Shown here piece after piece: positions 36,291-50,400 of a DNA stretch of 64,000 nt. The position numbers were made by a program, and so were the translations under genes. Origin of the DNA: Selaginella moellendorffii. Its lineage: Eukaryota > Plantae > Lycopodiophyta. The notes below the pieces were generated by a model. It saw nothing but the letters and a program-made list of their open reading frames with translations. It did no database searches and was not told the origin of the DNA. How positions within the stretch are numbered: the stretch's first letter is position 1; every line of letters begins with the position of its first letter. Where the stretch lies: NCBI RefSeq assembly GCF_000143415.4, contig NW_003314262.1:4497718-4561717 (forward strand). Reading direction: 5' to 3'.

Positions 36291-39200
36291 GTTAAATTAA
36301 ACTTTATTTGCTATAAGGTCTTTAGTTGCAGCAAAACTAGAATACATTGTCTAGTAAAATAAATAAATTTTGCCATGTATTGCATTATAGAAATGCTTGG
36401 TTTGCTTTTGTTTTAAATATTTTTATTATAATATGTAATTTAGACTAATAATATATAATTTTATCTATAGATAGATTTCTTTCATGGACTAAAGATGTTT
36501 CTCAAAAGTTTAACCTAGTGGGCTAGGCATTGTTCTTGGCAACAAGCTTAATCTTTACCTAAGTTGATGGAAAGCCTCACTTCTTTAAAAGGTACTTTTC
36601 TTTCTTTTTTGTTCTACTTCTCTTCATTGAGTCATTTATTTTATTCATTTTCTTTTATAGCTAAAAATAAGCATGGCTACATTTTTTTGTAGACAAAATG
36701 CCAACAATATCTTCTAATGATCTTCCAATTTCCATCACTAATGATTCTAGGCATAAAATTGAGAGGTGTGAAGTAAGTGGATAGATCTTTGCCAATATTT
36801 TGACGGCTTTAGAGGACAATGAACTTTGGGCTAAGCAAAGTTGAGTCCAACTCCTCTTAGTTGGTCTAGACTCTCGTCTCTTGCCGAAGTTCTTAAACAT
36901 CAGTGCTAGCATAGTAGATATTGAGATCACCATCAATGAATCATGATGGATGGTATTGCAACATCAAATGTTTCTTTGGTTATCAGCTGGAACAAATTGC
37001 TTAGGGATTGAGAGCTTAGGTCATATGGAATGATTTGGTCAAGACTATATTAGTTGTTAAGTGTTTAAAATACTTTTAAGAAGAAAGTTAGAGGCCACAA
37101 TCTCCTAATTCCATCAGCTCTAAACATCCTTCATTGAGAGCTTTTATGATGCACTAAGGAACCCACTATATTGAATTATGACCATGTTATTCCAACTTAG
37201 AGAATTGAAATGTGAGTAAAGTTTTCTTTGCTTCTTACCCCTATCTACACAATAGTGACAAACAAATTAAGACAAGAAAGTAGATAAGAGAAGAAGAAAA
37301 GAAGAATGAGAATAGAATAGAAAATAACTTAGCCTCAAACCCCAAAGGCATAAGTAAGAATAAGCATATATCACTTTCTTTCAGTTTTTTACCATATAAA
37401 CTCTACTTTGCATAAACAGTCATAGGTGGGAGAAAAGATGGTTAATTAAATACAAATGTATACAATAATAAGTGTGGATTCTTTTCTTGCACGTCTAAGT
37501 GTTACTTATATACTATATGATTTTATAATAATTCCTAACTGCTTCATGTTTGTTTAGTTACGTAGGTCAGGTCTTTCTTCTTTGGATGCCTAAGCTTAAG
37601 TGTAACTCCATTTTGCCTAAGCTTCCCTTTTTTGCTCTACCTGGGAAAATACACAAGAATAAACAATTACCTCTTCATCACTCCCCTATGACAAAGCTAC
37701 TGCCTATTAGGTAGTTAGATTTTCTAAATCCTACTCTAGGTTGTTGAGCTTGGTCTTCATAGTGATAAGTTTGATACTTTTGTGTAGATCATTGAATTCC
37801 TGACATATGATTTGATTTTCCTGGTCAAGCATTATGATGCATTGATCCTGGTGGTTGATGCATTCTACATCAATGGAAACTGGGATTGCACTCTTGAGTT
37901 CTTGGATTATGTGGCACTAATGATTTTGTTCACCTATAACTCTATCCACTTTTTTAGTGATTGTCTTAAGCTAGTTCAAGATCTACATATAATATTTCAT
38001 AGTTTCCTCATCTCCTATTAGTTGCATTGACTTGTTGATTGGCTGCTTGCCTCCTCCCTTGATGTGTTGAGTGAGCTCCTCTATGAAGCTTCAGACTACT
38101 GGCTTGCTCAGTTGATTCACGGTCTTGTGAGCGAAGGTGTGGTTAGCTTTGACTTTATAGTGCTATTGCAATGTCTATTGCTATTGTATGCCTCATCTCT
38201 CTAGACTGATCAGCCAAGGGTGTGTCATTGTCGGATGCATAGGTGGATTAGAGAAGATTAAGCCCATACTCCTTTGGTTCACCTAGACCCATTAGCACCA
38301 TATAATCCAAGAACTCAAGAGTGCAATCCTAGCTTTCACATTCACCAATGCAAAGTGCATCAACCGCCAAGATTAGCATATCACAATGTTTTGACTAGGA
38401 AAATTAGATCATACATCAAAAACTTGATGATCCATGTTGAAGCATCAAGCTTATCACTATGAAGACCAAGGTCAATAACTTGGAGTAGGATTTGGAGAAT
38501 TCAACTGTCTAACAATAAATAATAACTTTGTCATAAAGCAGTGATGAAGAGGTAATTGTTTATTCTTATGTATCTTCCTAAGCAAAACAAAAGAAGGAAG
38601 CTTAGGTAAAATGGAGTTATGTTTAAGCTTAAGCATCTAAAGAAGAAAGACTTGACATAAGCAATGCTCATCATAGACAAGTGTGAAGTAGTTATGAACA
38701 GTTATAAAATTATGTAGTATATAAGTAACACTTAGATGTGTTGGAAAAGAACTCACACTCATTGTTGTATGCATTTGTATTTATTTAACCATATTTTCTC
38801 CTGCCTATGACTATTTGTGTAAAGTAGAGTTGACAGAGTGACATATGCTTATCCTTATTCACACATTTGGGGTTTAAGGTTGAGTTATTTTTTATTCTCT
38901 TATCATTCTTCTTCTTTTATTCTCTTCTCTACTTTGTTGTTTCTATTTATTTATTACTATTTTGCAGGCAAAGGCAAGAATGTGAGTATAGGCAAAATAA
39001 AGCCTTACTCACCTTCCAATTCTCAAAGTTGGAATAATATGGCTGTCAATATAATGGGTTCTTTAGTGCATTATAAGAGCTCTCAATGAAGGATATTCAA
39101 AGTTGATAGAATCAAGAAATTGTAGCCTCTAACTTTCTTTTTAAAAGTATTTTAAACACCTGACAATTGATATAGTCTTGACCAAATCATTCCATATGAC

Positions 39201-40108
39201 CTAAGCTCTCAATCCCTAACTTGTTTTAACTGATAGTAAAAGAAATATATAATATTGCAATACCAACTATGACTCATTGATGGTGATCTCAATATCTACT
39301 ATGCTAGCATTGATGTCTAAGAACCCTAGCAAGATACTACAGTTTGGACCAATTACGAGAAGTTGGACTTGACCTTGCTTGGCCTAGAGTTCATTGTTCT
39401 CTAGAGCCATCAAAATATTGGTAAAGATCCAATCCACTTATTTCAGACCTTTCAATTTTATACCTAGAATCATTGGTGATAGAAGTTGGAAGATCTTTGA
39501 AAGATATTGTTGATATTTTGTCTATAAACAAATGTAATTATGCTCATTTTTAGCTATAAAGGAAAATGCAATGAAGAGAAGTAGAAAAAAAAAGAAGGAA
39601 AAGTACTTTTTAAAGAAGTGAGGCCTCTTTCCATCAACTTGGGTAAAAATCAATTTTATTGTCAAGAACAATGCCTAGCCCACTAGATTAAACTTTTGAG
39701 AAATGTCTTGAGTCCATTAATAAACAAAATTATATATTATAATAAAATTATTTAAAAGAAAATCAAACTAAGCATTTCTATAATGCAAAACATAGCAAAA
39801 TTTATTTATTTTACCAGATATTACCTTTTAGTTTTTCTGGAATCAAAGAACTTATAGCAAATAAAGTTTAATTTAACCACTTGCCTAGTGGAATATCCCA
39901 GCTAGCTATCTCTTTTAGCATGTTCTCTTTCTAACACATAAAGATAAATTCCCCCTAGATCTCTTCTTTAAACATTTGAAAAGGGATTCTTCCTAAATAA
40001 TTGTTAAGCTTCTTTCTTTTATTTACTTACTCTCATATCCTCTAAGCTCTCCTTTTCTCATTTTTTAACAAGATAATCCTTTATAGTAGCACCATCAACA
40101 ATGGCAAT
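36056..40108. repeat. Long imperfect inverted repeat: arms ~36056-37921 and ~38291-40108, ~370 bp spacer
   Basis: Reverse-complement matches along the arms, e.g. TGGTTAAATTAAACTTTATTTGCTATAAG / CTTATAGCAAATAAAGTTTAATTTAACCA and GATTGCACTCTTGAGTTCTTGGATTAT / ATAATCCAAGAACTCAAGAGTGCAATC. Confidence 0.9.
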
Positions 40109-41799
40109 ACTGTCGCGAATGTGATAAAGGAACCAAAGTTGCTCAAGCAAGCATCAGCAACATCCTACCGATATTTCAAACCCAAGAGACCAATTCAAAG
40201 CAAACTACAAAGAATATATGGCAATGCAAAAAGCCAAAAACTATCAAAAAGAACAACTAACTATCATAAAAGATCATCAATCATCCTATCAATAAGAGAT
40301 GCATAATTATTATTGAAGAAAAGAATCCACCATCCTAAAGAACAGTAAATCATTCTAAATCAACAATAATCAAGTAAAACTTTTGACAAAAGTAATCAAC
40401 TATTCTAGATGATAGTCAATCATTATCAATGATAGTTAGATGCAAAAGTTAACTTTAATATTGAAACTAATAAACCAAAATGCCTTTCCTATCAACTTTA
40501 AATAAATGAACCACAAGCATGAAAACTCAAGGAACCAAAAACTCAAAAAAGTCTATAGCTAAGTCTTGCTTAATAATGATCATGAGTTTCACATGAACTT
40601 ACTTCAATGCTAAAAAAAAAATCATGGTATAATGTACAATATTTTTTGTAACACATCCATAAAAGATTTGGACTATTGTGATTTTAATCATATTTTTCCA
40701 TTTAACAAAGAAAATCATGTTTAGGTGGAGAAGTTCTTTATTGAATTGAAAAACAAAAATATGCTATAATTATATCAAACCATGCATCATGTGAATAAGT
40801 AAGCTCTTTTTTATTTTTTAGTTTTGAATGGTATTCTCATGAATTTTTTTGCAATATCAATAAACATGGTGTTTAAGTAAGTGGCCTCCTAAAAAATTTT
40901 TATGGCATTTATCTACTATAATAGCAAAGATCAAAACACTTTTTATAGCATTTATCTGCTACAACAACAAAGATATCATAGAAGAAAAATTTAACAATAA
41001 CTTAAGGGATGAATCAATTGTGATTCACAAGATGAAATGAAGGGTAAAAGAAGAACTATTTAATACCTTTTGACACATTGGTTTATTGTCAAGCTCTTTT
41101 TTCTGGTATACGGTTTCAATATTTTTTTGTAGTTGATTTGTTTTAATTTATTTAATTTTTCTAAATAAAATAATTTTGAAAATAACATTCTCAAAGTTAT
41201 GGAGAAAACTAAATATGTCCACTAAATAAACAAAAAGGTTGACTATCTAGAAAGTCTGTAATCAATATGATATACTCTTTGGAAGTATCTATTATGTTTA
41301 ATAAAGTGCACATTAGGAAAATCTAAATAAATATAGTGACTACTTTTAATTTTATCACTTTGCAAATTTCCCTAAGAGGTGCATAAGAAATAGTTAATGG
41401 ACCTTTTAGAATAGCCAAACAAATGGAAGAATTGAGGAGTTTTTAAAGATAATAATATTTTTCATCTTTGGTGTAAGAGGTAAGTTTGGATCACCAAGAT
41501 TTTAGAATTTGCTTAAATGAGGTAAAAAAATATTTCCTTAAGGGTTAATATACTATCAACATATGTAAAATGGTAAATACAGATAATAATGGTGTTTTGG
41601 ATATGAGATTCATGAATCAAACCTCTAAGTGATTTGTATTCAAGTAAACTTTTTCATTTTATAATTATTTGGTACTAAATGGCATTTTCTCTCTTTTTTT
41701 GCATTTTCAACTTCTTTATTTTATTTATTTATATAGCATTTAGTCCCAATTAATGTATCATATACTTGTATAGAGTTTTTTTTATATGCTTTTTTTATC

Positions 41800-41801
<2 letters not shown>

Positions 41802-41845
<44 letters not shown>
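41802..41845. repeat. (AT)n microsatellite
   Basis: Direct reading. Confidence 0.97.
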
Positions 41846-41848
<3 letters not shown>

Positions 41849-43578
41849 AAAAGCCTTTTTTGCTAAATCCCACAAAGTAAATAGTAAACTATTTGATATC
41901 AATGATTTATCTAACTTCTTTGTTAAAGAAAAACTATTCAGTTTAGAATAATTTCTCTCCACTTTTTTACGGAGAGAAACTTTCATTTCATCCCCACAAG
42001 AATATTATTCAAATTATAAAATCATATGTGATGCCTTGATTAAATCTTAAATGACTGTATAAAGTTCATGAGTTCATGAAAATTGATTTCAAACAAGGGA
42101 TGGGTAAACATGACTTAGAGATAAATATAAAAGTAAAAGATATAAAGAAAATGCTAGCAAAAATGGCAATGAAAGGGAATAAGAATATATCAAGGAAGGA
42201 TAAAGAAATAGATTTGCTAAAAGCCTTTAATATTACACAAAAAAATAAATAGGAAAAAGATGGATTAAGCAATTTGATGTAAATCACATCTTTAACAAGT
42301 AAATACGAAGTGATGAAATTTGGGATTAGTGAATTTTTCCAAATAGTAACATGAAGTGGGAAGTGATCAAGTTCCTTAAGATGACAAGGACTAAATTTTT
42401 TAAAAAGAATAACTTACAAAATTATAAAGCAAACATTGTACTTTGCATGCTACTTTATACCTACTTTACCGAAAAAAGTAAAATTAAGGATTGGTAAGTG
42501 TGCATACATGACCTTATTAACCACTTAGTAGCTATGACAAAGAACATGGTTGATGACGACAAATGGATCATAATTTTTCATGCAAGCCATTAATTGCCAA
42601 TAGTCTACAAAAAGTATCACTAGCAGTGTGTGCAAATCCATTGATTATACATAATTCTGAATATATCTATTTGGCTACAAAATTTATGGACTTAGCAAAA
42701 CAAAGGTTTGCAATTTAATAATATAGCAAAAATCAATATAGAAATAAAAAATGAAAATGTCATTACCTACACCAAAGGCTTCAATTTCAAGATTTTCTAC
42801 AACAGCCTTTCACTATTGGGACTTTAATGACAATTACTTTGAATCTATTGAGGAAAACATGGAGCCATTTTATGACAATGACACCAACATAGTCAGCAGG
42901 TTAAAAATAAATCCAAACTTCCTTTTTCATAAACTAATTGAAGTTAAAATAGTATATTATATAGATAAAAACAACTAATCATTCTAATATTTAGGGTAAA
43001 CCATTTTAAATTGTAAATAATCATGCAACATATAAAAGTAATAATGTTTTTAGCAGAGATTGTTAAAAATTTTAACCATTTTAAAGAGTTGTGCAACTAC
43101 TTTATTTTAATTTCACTTTGTTCCTCAAAAACTGGATTCTTTACGAGTTAGAATGTTGTGAAAGAAGAAGTAGTTTTGTTTTATTTCATTTTTTAGTACA
43201 TTTTATCATATTTTAACCCTGTAAAAGAAAGCATCAAAGGCAATAATATCTTTATTTTGAGCATTACGGCTGATTACAATATTGGTTAGCTTCTTCTACA
43301 AGAAGTAGTTGGACTTTCTTCTGCAATGTTAGAATATCACACCCGAGTAAGATTATAAAATCAACTGTTGGAGAGATCACACCTTCTGCTTATCTTTTTC
43401 TCTTAAAAGCACAATGGTGGCAACAAGCAGCCACAGACATGAACAAAACGTTGTGAACCTGGACACCTTTGTGGTACCTAGAGCTTTTTTAGAAATGCTA
43501 GAACCGAGGACTTGATCTCAATAACTTTGAAACGCAATTAAGAAAATCTTGGCATATTATTTTATTGTTTTTGGAAGT

Positions 43579-46500
43579 TCAGAATGGTTGAGAGAGAAGT
43601 CTGTGTATATGGCCATCCATGGATAATTCTCGACGTGCTGCTACCATGAAATTCGCGAGGCGAGCTCCATTCAGAAAGAGATGCTTGCACGCTGATGGAA
43701 GATTGTCGTCACAACACAGTGATTCACGCAAAAGCTCCCTCATCAGCTCCTCTGAGAGCTCTCTGATGTAAACCACGGCACTCTCCTTGGAAGTTCCAGG
43801 TTTTTCTTCAAGATAAATGCTCACGCTGTTCAATCGACTGTCATCGTCCTGGAAGAAAAAGTCCTGTAAGTCTTGTTCCAAAGTTATAGCCGAGTTCATC
43901 ACAGTGCAGAGCTTTGAAAACTGGTAGAGCTTTCCAGCTGCGAGCTTCTCTTTGACGAAATACATCGTGCTATAAACCGCAGGTTCGACGTCCGACTTTG
44001 ACGCTTTTAAATGGTCTTCGAGTGTTGGACGTTTTTTGGAAACCCGCCACCTCGTTTTCTCTAGCAGGCTGGACAACCAGTTGCTCCACTGCAGGAAAGT
44101 AAGAGCAAAATTTTTCAAACTCATCAAGATAAACAAAAGAATAACTTACAATCCTTCTTAGCTCGTTGTTCACACTTCGGCCTTGAAAATTGAGGCATTG
44201 CTTGCTCTGGCTCTCGACTTCCAGAAAGATCTCAATAAATAGCAGCTTGACGTCGTCCGAGGAGTCTTCCATAGAGCTGGGATCCCATCTACAGCATCAC
44301 AACGAAAAGTATCATTAGAGAACAATGCACATATTCGATATAATTTACCTTTGGACACCATTTAAGAGGTCTTGGAGATCAACTATGGAACTTTCCCTCC
44401 GAAAGTATTCCGCTATAACGCTTGCTATAAACGAACACTTCGACCACACAACCCTTGCAGTCGCTAGCTCTGGTTCAAAGATTATCGCTGCTGCTCCAAA
44501 AAACGATTGCTCGAGGTCTCTGTGATAGCATCCAAATTTTCGGAAGCTACTTTCAGCATACCATCTGCAACAAGATCAACGTGATTACGCCCAGTTGGTT
44601 GTAGTTTGATTACCTTTCCAACTGCTTAAACTCTTGTTTGTGAAATGCCTGGCACGTATTAAAATCCAGCTTTGCGAGCTCGAGAAAGACTGGGTTGTTT
44701 ACGAACGGCATTCTTTTAAAGGTAACGTTGGAGTCAGGCAGTGATCAAAGACAAGGAATTTAGTTCATCTACCTGTAGAGGCTCTTCCCGATCCAAACAT
44801 CGTCTACTCCATACTGATCGATGTAGCTTCTCGTAGCGATTCGTTCCACAGTAGCATGGAAGGGGTTATCGAGCTCAAATTCAACCTGAGGAAAACAACA
44901 ACTGAGATTCTCTTCATTAATCATCATACTCTTACCTCTCCGGGAAGATCTTTCGTTACAACCCACTTGTCATTGAGCTCTCCCTTCCGCCGTTTCTCAT
45001 CCAGAAAACTCCTGGTGAATGCTCTCGCTTTTTGCAGAATCACGTCGCCTGGAAACATAACTTTCGTGGCTTTGTATAAATCGAGCATTCCTGTCACTGC
45101 TTCACTGACTTGCCCGACAAAGCAGAAGAACCCGTGCTCATTTTCATGCTGAAAGTGCTTGAAGACGTCTGCAAATTAAGTTGTCAGCCAGCCAAGTGTT
45201 TCTTCATGTATTTACCTGCAGAAACATCGTATCCGTGACTCCGTAGGACCATGAAGCCCATGGAAGTGTCGTCGCCGTCTTGAATAGGTGTACCTCTGGC
45301 CCATGATATTCCTTTATCAGTCCAATTTCTGTTCATTCACAATAAAAGATTGAATTTGTTTCGCAATTGTCTACGAGGTTAACCTGTAGACATAGTCAAG
45401 GGCATCTTTGATTTCTCGAGTGAAGTACCGAGCGATTCCCAACCTCTCTATGCGATCAACAATCCAGATGTGTTCAAATAAATCTACCGGGTACGTGTTT
45501 GGTACTGCTTTTGTTTGAAGACACTTTCTTAGAGTTTAGACTTTCATAGTTTTTTTTATCGAACCTGCATCTTTGTATCTCTCAAGAATGTTGTTGAGGT
45601 ATTGCAGGCACTTCTCGTTTCCAGTGTACATGAGAGCACACGCCGTAGACGAGGGACTGGAAAGCAAAGAACCATCTGAACACTGCAGTTTTACAACTTT
45701 GTGCCAGTCAAGGCTCTTATGGAGTCCTTCGACCGAGTATAGCAGAGGCGTGGGATGGGTTTGGAGGACATCCAACGATATCCTAGGAGAACACTTGTAA
45801 GTGAAACAAAAAAACCAGGATCCACAAACCTCTGGAGCTTCTTCTCTCTCTCAGCATGGAACTTGTGCACGACTGGAGACGAGTAGTCGAGGTCCAGTCC
45901 CAGCTCCATAGCTTCATCTAGCATTGCCGGGAAGACGATCTCAAATCCTATCAGCATGTGTGCACTCTCCTCCGTCTCCAGCGCGGGCATTGTTCTCCGG
46001 ATGAATTCAAGTCCTGCTTGAGAAAACTTTTAGACGATCATGACTTCTTTCTTCTCACCTTTTTCGATATGCTTCTCTTGTGTGTTCCAGATCTTGAGCG
46101 ATATAACACATGCCAGTGTAGAACACACGCGCTCGTAGGTGAAGAACAAGTCTTTGTCACCCCAGGAGCCATCTTCGAACTGGTTTTTGATGATCCAGTC
46201 AAGACACATTGGAAACTGTGGTGAGTTGCTTCCATCGAGTGCAGGAACGCGTGCTACCCAAGCAGTATCATACGCAGATCTTGATATGTTTCCATCTCCC
46301 AGGGAGCGGAACATCGTTCGAACAGCGTCTACTAGTTCCAGTCGACGCTTTCGTTTTACATCCTCGCTGACAGTGGATCTAGTGATTCTCTCGAGCTTCT
46401 GTGACCACAAACATTTTGATAGAAGTGAAAAAGAAAATGTGTACGTACGTGCTGGCTTGATGAACTTTTTGCAGGATCAACTTCCGCGATACAAGATAAA

Positions 46501-46616
46501 ATCGATGTTCTCAACCTTGTCTTTTGTGGTCCACTAAAAACTGGATTTGGTGGTGCGAACGTTGCATTCAAAGCTGTCGAGTAGCCGATGTTTGGTAATA
46601 CCTTGCACATCAGCAT
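43579..46616 (-). CDS. Plastid diterpene synthase, gamma-beta-alpha architecture, class II (CPS-like) active site only
   Basis: Transit peptide; SAYDTAWVA; QFEDGSWG; IGFEIVFP; LLYSVEG; [13 protein letters not shown]; DGDD at 45268-45279; the DDxxD position reads VIAEYFR. The junctions checked were in frame. Confidence 0.9.
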
Positions 46617-46920
46617 GTTTGCAAACGATAGAGATGAGCAAAAAACCTGTGTCCAACAATTGGCTTTAAAGGCGAGAAAACGTTTTTCAGTCAAGTCTGG
46701 AGGACAATTGACCGACCAGAAGAAGTTCAATTGATAAACCATAAACGAGGTTTACATGTTCTTTCACGTCTTCATTAGCTCTACCGAAAAACTCGAATTC
46801 AAAATCTTTTGGTGAACCACTAGCATGACACGCTTGAAAACAACGCTATTAGTTTACACTGATTAGTTTCCCTTATTCTATTGTACCTCGAGCGCTCCGC
46901 GAGTCTCAGTGGAGCCGACG

Positions 46921-47353
46921 ATGGCACCGACCAGCGCACCGCTGCTCTTCCTCTTCATTCTGAGTCCTCGTGGTCTTCTAAGTTGGCTTGCAAAAGAAAT
47001 GTTGAGCTGCATATGAGCTTGCGTAGTTTTCTTCTCAAAGCTTTCCGGTTAAATAGTTTGTATGGATCACTATAACTCGTCCTCGAGAGATTTGCACTGC
47101 TGCTGTAGAGGTTTCTCCAAGATTTCGCCGTCGCAGCTCTTGTGGTCCCGCTCTTTATACTCTTGGTGACGCTCTTTATACTCTTGGTGGTCCAGCTTAT
47201 GTGCACTTGCATTTCAGCTCCCCTTCCGAATTAGCGGAAGTATATGTAGCGCCCAACAACGATCAATGGGACGAGTCCGGTTGGAACGTTGGCTTCATCA
47301 TTTTCCTCCTGGTGCTGCTAATCTGGTGGCAACCACTACTGCTGATAGATTGA
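46921..47353 (+). pseudogene. Diverged pseudogene copy of the 25525-25875 small membrane protein
   Basis: MAPTSAPLLFLFIL...LVVPLFILLVTLFILLVVQLM...GTSPVG/(frameshift)VGFIIFLLVLLIWWQPL; internal stops and a 21-bp tandem duplication at ~47149-47190. Confidence 0.65.
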
Positions 47354-47488
47354 GCTTACAAGAAGAAAAATATGCGTACTATCTTTAAAAACTTGAAAGT
47401 TCACCTCAAAAATCTTAGAAGCTCGCAATATGCATATAAAATCTCTTATAAGTAAGTTACTCCGGGCAAAAACTGCTGACTCGCTGGC

Positions 47489-50400
47489 TCAAAATGGAGC
47501 CTCGACTGGGCTGATCCCAAAATGCTTATGCCTTTGATCAACTTTGTTCACGAGGTTCAATCCCTGTTGTGTGAGCTGTGTAATAAGAGCGGTCTCCAAC
47601 TGACAAGCCACACTCTTGTTGGACACTGGCAAGTATAAAAAAGGTGCCTGCTTTAGTCCCATAGACGTACGATGTGAAGCAATTCGTCCAGATAGATTAT
47701 CCGTCTGTGGCAAAAAATAGGAAACTCCAATCAGCACAAACATGAGAAGAGAAATACTAATGGTACCTGTCCAACGTAAAACTTTCCGTCTGGTCTATGA
47801 AGAATGTAGACGCAAGAGTGATTCGAAGTGAAGGGTGGAGGTTGCTGGCGCGCGCCAACGAAATAACAAGTGCTAGAGAGAACGAAAGTTCCATTCAGCT
47901 GGTCCTTGCAGATCCTCAAAACTTCTTGTTCCAGATCCTTCAGATTTCTCGCACCTATAGCAACCAAATACGAATCCAAAGCAATGGCACATTCAAACCG
48001 AAGAACTCCGAACCTTGGATGCGTGGCACTGATGACGCAGCTGCGTTGCTGTCAAGAGTACTTTCATGGCGCACTTCATTACCGTCTACCATCGGCTTAC
48101 TTTGCGAGAGATATTTCTTCTGCATCTCTTCGTATAATTCCCTGGCTCTGTCCAAAATCTCTTCCGTCACACCTTCCCCCTTCGCGGTCTCGAAAGCCAA
48201 GCTCTCCCTGCATTCTCCATCGATGAGCTCCCAGGTCGGTTGTAGCCCGCCTTGTAATACCTTTCTTGTCCCCATTGCTTTCAAGACGACATTGTTGGTG
48301 TCGAGCTTCATATCTAGAAGCCCATGAAGGTGAGTAGAGACAATTCCCAGGCAGCCGAGCCTGTCAAAATTCTCCAGAACACTGGCCAATATGCAAGTCC
48401 CTTTCTGTACGTCGGTTCCCTTGCAAAGCTCATCTACAAGGACAAGACTTCTCCGAGTTGTCTCAAGTAACAAAGTCTTCAACTCTGCCATTTCCATCTG
48501 CAGGGAACAGGTCAAGGTCTTTATCGAAGACCGGAAATGAATGCGACGTACCTGAAATAGGCTTTTGCCTTCCGAGGGACTATCTTGAGAAACCACTCTT
48601 AACATGATGGAGTCGAGCTGTGGGATGACAGCTTTAGATGCCGGAACCATAAGTCCACATAATCCCAACAAAGTAGCCGCGCAAACGGATCTCAGCAAAC
48701 TCGACTTTCCTCCGCCGTTGGGACCCGTAAGAAGAAAAATAGAGCTCATTTCGAACGAGTTTGGTATTGCAAAATCCTGTGTTGAATCTAGCCAATATGG
48801 CAAGAGCCCAGAGAAAACAAGAGGCTCCTATCAAAGAATTGTCAGTTGACAGTTCAAAGAACGACGACATAGTACCTGTTCACCACCAAGAACAGGGAAC
48901 ACCCATTTGCGACGTTTTCCCTCACTAATCAAACGTAAAACGTCAGCAAATAGCAGCTATTCAAATAAAATACTGATACCTGGCATGCGCGAAAAAAGCT
49001 TTGGCTATCACACAGAACATGGAAATAAAAATTATTGTGTTCAGATACGTCCTTACATCGTCTGAAAGGCATCGGAGTGCCTTAACAACAGCAAAATTTG
49101 CTTTAGTTGCGGCTTCTCGGTAGCTGGAGGAAAAGTAATTAATATAAACTAGGAAAGAACAACTCCAAGCTGTACCTCATGACCGCAGATTCTACTCTTC
49201 CTGTGGTGTGCCAGTCATCTCCAACTTTTTTGCCTTTGGAGTCTAGCGCAGGAATCAAACGTTTTATTTCTTCCTCACCGGGTGTCTCAGAGCCCCACAG
49301 AAGTGGCATAAAACCCTTTCCCTTGAACCAGACCGCTTGATGGTCCGGAACGTAGCAGATTTCACCGTTGCCATTACCGTAGCAGGATCTTACTAAAGAC
49401 TTTGCCCTTGCCAAAACCGGAAGAAAATCACCTACAATCTGAACAGTAACATTAAAAGCCAGACGCACACAAAAAAACTCACCGCTGAATTGAGTTCTGC
49501 AGCATTTCTGTCAACATCGGCATAAAAATCTTCAGAAAGTTTGCGTTGTACGCGACCTTTCCAGCTCGATTCAAAATCAATAAAGAAATCATCCGGAACA
49601 TGTTCGTACGAATTAATGAGCTGCTCTGGATCGCCCGTACAAGAGATCACAGAACTGATTCTATCAACCAGCTGCTTACAATCAGTCACCTGATACAACA
49701 TGTGTTAAACCAATGTCGTAAGGAAGCCGATGCTACGTACCAGTTGTTCAGCTTCCAATTGTAAACCACTTGCTAATATAGTGGGCTCAAGAAGCAAATG
49801 AAATATGTCTCTCAGACTGTCGTTCTCATGCATGTACAATACATCCTCTGCAAGATGTTTTATGCGCGAAAATTCAAGATGATTGACTTCCCTAGCTCCA
49901 ATTAGTTTCACCAGCTGCAAAATTTGATGATTGAATTGAGTGAGATAAAAGTGCAATGAGTCATACCTTTGCAGCTGATACACATAAAAACTCCGGAATA
50001 GAGCATTTCACAGAAGTCATTAACTTTAGACACTCTGCAATGGAAGTATAGCAAAATTAATATAATGTAGTAGTCAGTTCTCACCTTGAATAGCCGCAGC
50101 TGTAGCGTAAGGCGGTGGATTTAATAACAGGTCTCGCAAATACCTATACAAAACAAGCACAAAGCTGATGCTAATTCACCTCACCAAAGGCATACTACCT
50201 GACGCAGAGACTGGTGGTGTCCGACGGTACAAGAACTTTTAGCAAGCTCGGAATTTCCGGCACCGGCAAAATGCCTGAAAGCACAAACATAACTTTCAAA
50301 CAGCATTCAAAAAACAGCACTGACCAGCTTGAGAGGCTGTCCCCAGGTAAACTGGCCGAGGCCTTTTCAACGACGGTCTTGCAATTTCCCGAAATTCAGC

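Noticed and set aside
40111-40500. Possible LTR beginning TGTCGC where the palindrome arm ends
   Set aside because: No second LTR, primer-binding site or target-site duplication was found by eye.
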